Origin: Candidatus Fermentibacteraceae bacterium
GTDB taxonomy: Bacteria > Fermentibacterota > Fermentibacteria > Fermentibacterales > JCC-6
Assembly (NCBI GenBank): GCA_041686025.1
Contig: JAWLEP010000035.1
Span: 1-27,841 of the forward strand
DNA length: 27,841 nt
Direction: 5' to 3'
A model generated the notes under the pieces. The model made no database searches. It saw only the letters and a list, made by a program, of their open reading frames with translations, and was not told where the DNA came from. A program made the translations under genes and the position numbers. Of the stretch, positions 26,883-27,841 are shown piece by piece (position 1 is the first letter of the stretch; each line of letters opens with the position of its first letter).

Positions 26883-27841
26883 ATGAGTCTGAGGATTATG
26901 GCCGTAATGGCGGCAGTGGCTGCCCTGGCCTATGCCACGCCGCAGTTCCAGAGTCCCACCTGGATGTACTCGGGAGGGGCCCGGATAGACGTGGGCTACT
27001 ACGCCGCTCCCTGCGTGACGGACTGGGACGGGGACGGCAACAAGGATCTGCTTCTGGGCCAGTTCACCAGCGGCAAGATACGGTTTTACGCCAACGACGA
27101 CGGCAACGACTCCCCGGTATTCACCGGCTACGACTTCCTGCAGGCCGACGGTTCGGACATCTCCGTCCCTGCCGGTTGATGCACCGGCGCGACGAATCCA
27201 CAGGCTGTGGATTGGAACGATGACGGACTCGAGGATCTAATAGTCGGCGACCGCAACGGCTACATGCACTACTTCCGCCGCACGGGCAGCGGCGTGAACG
27301 ACCTCACCGACGAGGGATATGTCGAATCCGGTGGCTCGGCAATCGATGTGGGCTCCAACGCGGCACCCGCCTGCGTCTACGTCCACGCGGACGGAAGCCG
27401 GGAGAGGCTGGACTGGAACGAGGACGGCCTCTGCGACATGCTGGTGGGGCTGCAGGGCAGCTACCCCTCGGGCAGCAACCTGCGCATCTACCTCAATGAG
27501 GGCAGCAACGCCAATCCCGTCTTCAACGGGTACGAGAACATCCCCGGCGACTACGGCTACAGGTTCTGCCCGCAGGTGGCGGACCTCAACGGAGACGGCA
27601 AGAAGGACGTCGTGGCCGGCAACAACGACGCCAACATCGTCTACTACGAGAACGTGGGGACGAACGCTTCCCCGCAGTTCGGCACGGGGGTGAACCTCCA
27701 GGCCGGAGGCTCGACCATCGACCTGTACGCCGGGACGAGGCTGTGGGTGGACGACTGGAACTCCGACGGCCTGCTGGACCTGCTGGTGAGCGACTACGAC
27801 GGCTACGTCTACGTCTACCTGCAGGCCGAAGAGGGTATCGC
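26883..27841 (+). CDS. Secreted FG-GAP/VCBS-repeat beta-propeller protein with in-frame TGA (candidate selenoprotein, U99-C100), 3'-partial
   Basis: RBS, ATG and signal peptide, then repeat 1 (DWDGDGNKDLLLG). TGA at 27177-27179. The same frame stays open for 220 more codons to the window end, giving four more repeats: DWNDDGLEDLIVG, DWNEDGLCDMLVG, DLNGDGKKDVVAG and DWNSDGLLDLLVS. Confidence 0.8.
27195..27213 (+). promoter_or_regulatory. Candidate bacterial SECIS element
   Basis: AATCCACA-GGC-TGTGGATT forms a perfect 8-bp stem with a G-initial apical loop, 23 nt 3' of the in-frame TGA. Confidence 0.65.

Noticed and set aside
27177..27179. Genome-wide UGA reassignment to Trp or Gly
   Set aside because: TGA ends many complete genes here (sulfatase-like, pepF, PilZ, miaB, xseB), and no other gene appears interrupted by it.
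26883..27179. The 98-aa ORF as a stand-alone protein, and the 27319-27693 ORF as a gene
   Set aside because: A single FG-GAP repeat is unlikely to fold alone and the repeats continue in frame past the TGA. The 27319 ORF is an off-frame shadow.
1..27841. CRISPR arrays, tRNA/rRNA genes, transposases or prophage genes
   Set aside because: No regularly spaced short direct repeats, tRNA arms, rRNA signatures, or transposase/phage motifs were seen.

Overview
A GC-rich, gene-dense bacterial window with about 24 CDSs and no rRNA, tRNA, CRISPR array or transposase. A PorV/PorQ-like barrel and proteins with T9SS/FlgD-type C-terminal domains suggest an FCB-superphylum organism, possibly Fermentibacterota-like (inference only). 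Housekeeping-type genes include pepF-like, yjbQ, DUF503, glgB, mgtE, PilZ, miaB, xseA/xseB and a nucleoside kinase. Four observations stand out. (1) A secreted FG-GAP/VCBS-repeat protein at 26883 has an in-frame TGA followed directly by Cys (G-U-C) and a bacterial SECIS-like hairpin 23 nt downstream; it is a candidate exported beta-propeller selenoprotein that the ORF track splits. (2) A tightly coupled operon encodes DUF362, a radical SAM/SPASM enzyme, a divergent SucC-like subunit fused to a ferredoxin domain, a SucD-like subunit and a DUF2703-like protein. (3) A 110-bp MITE-like element with 28-bp terminal inverted repeats supplies the last codons and stop of glgB. (4) A 1203-aa secreted protein is built from a triplicated ~305-aa lamin-tail/CARDB-like unit.
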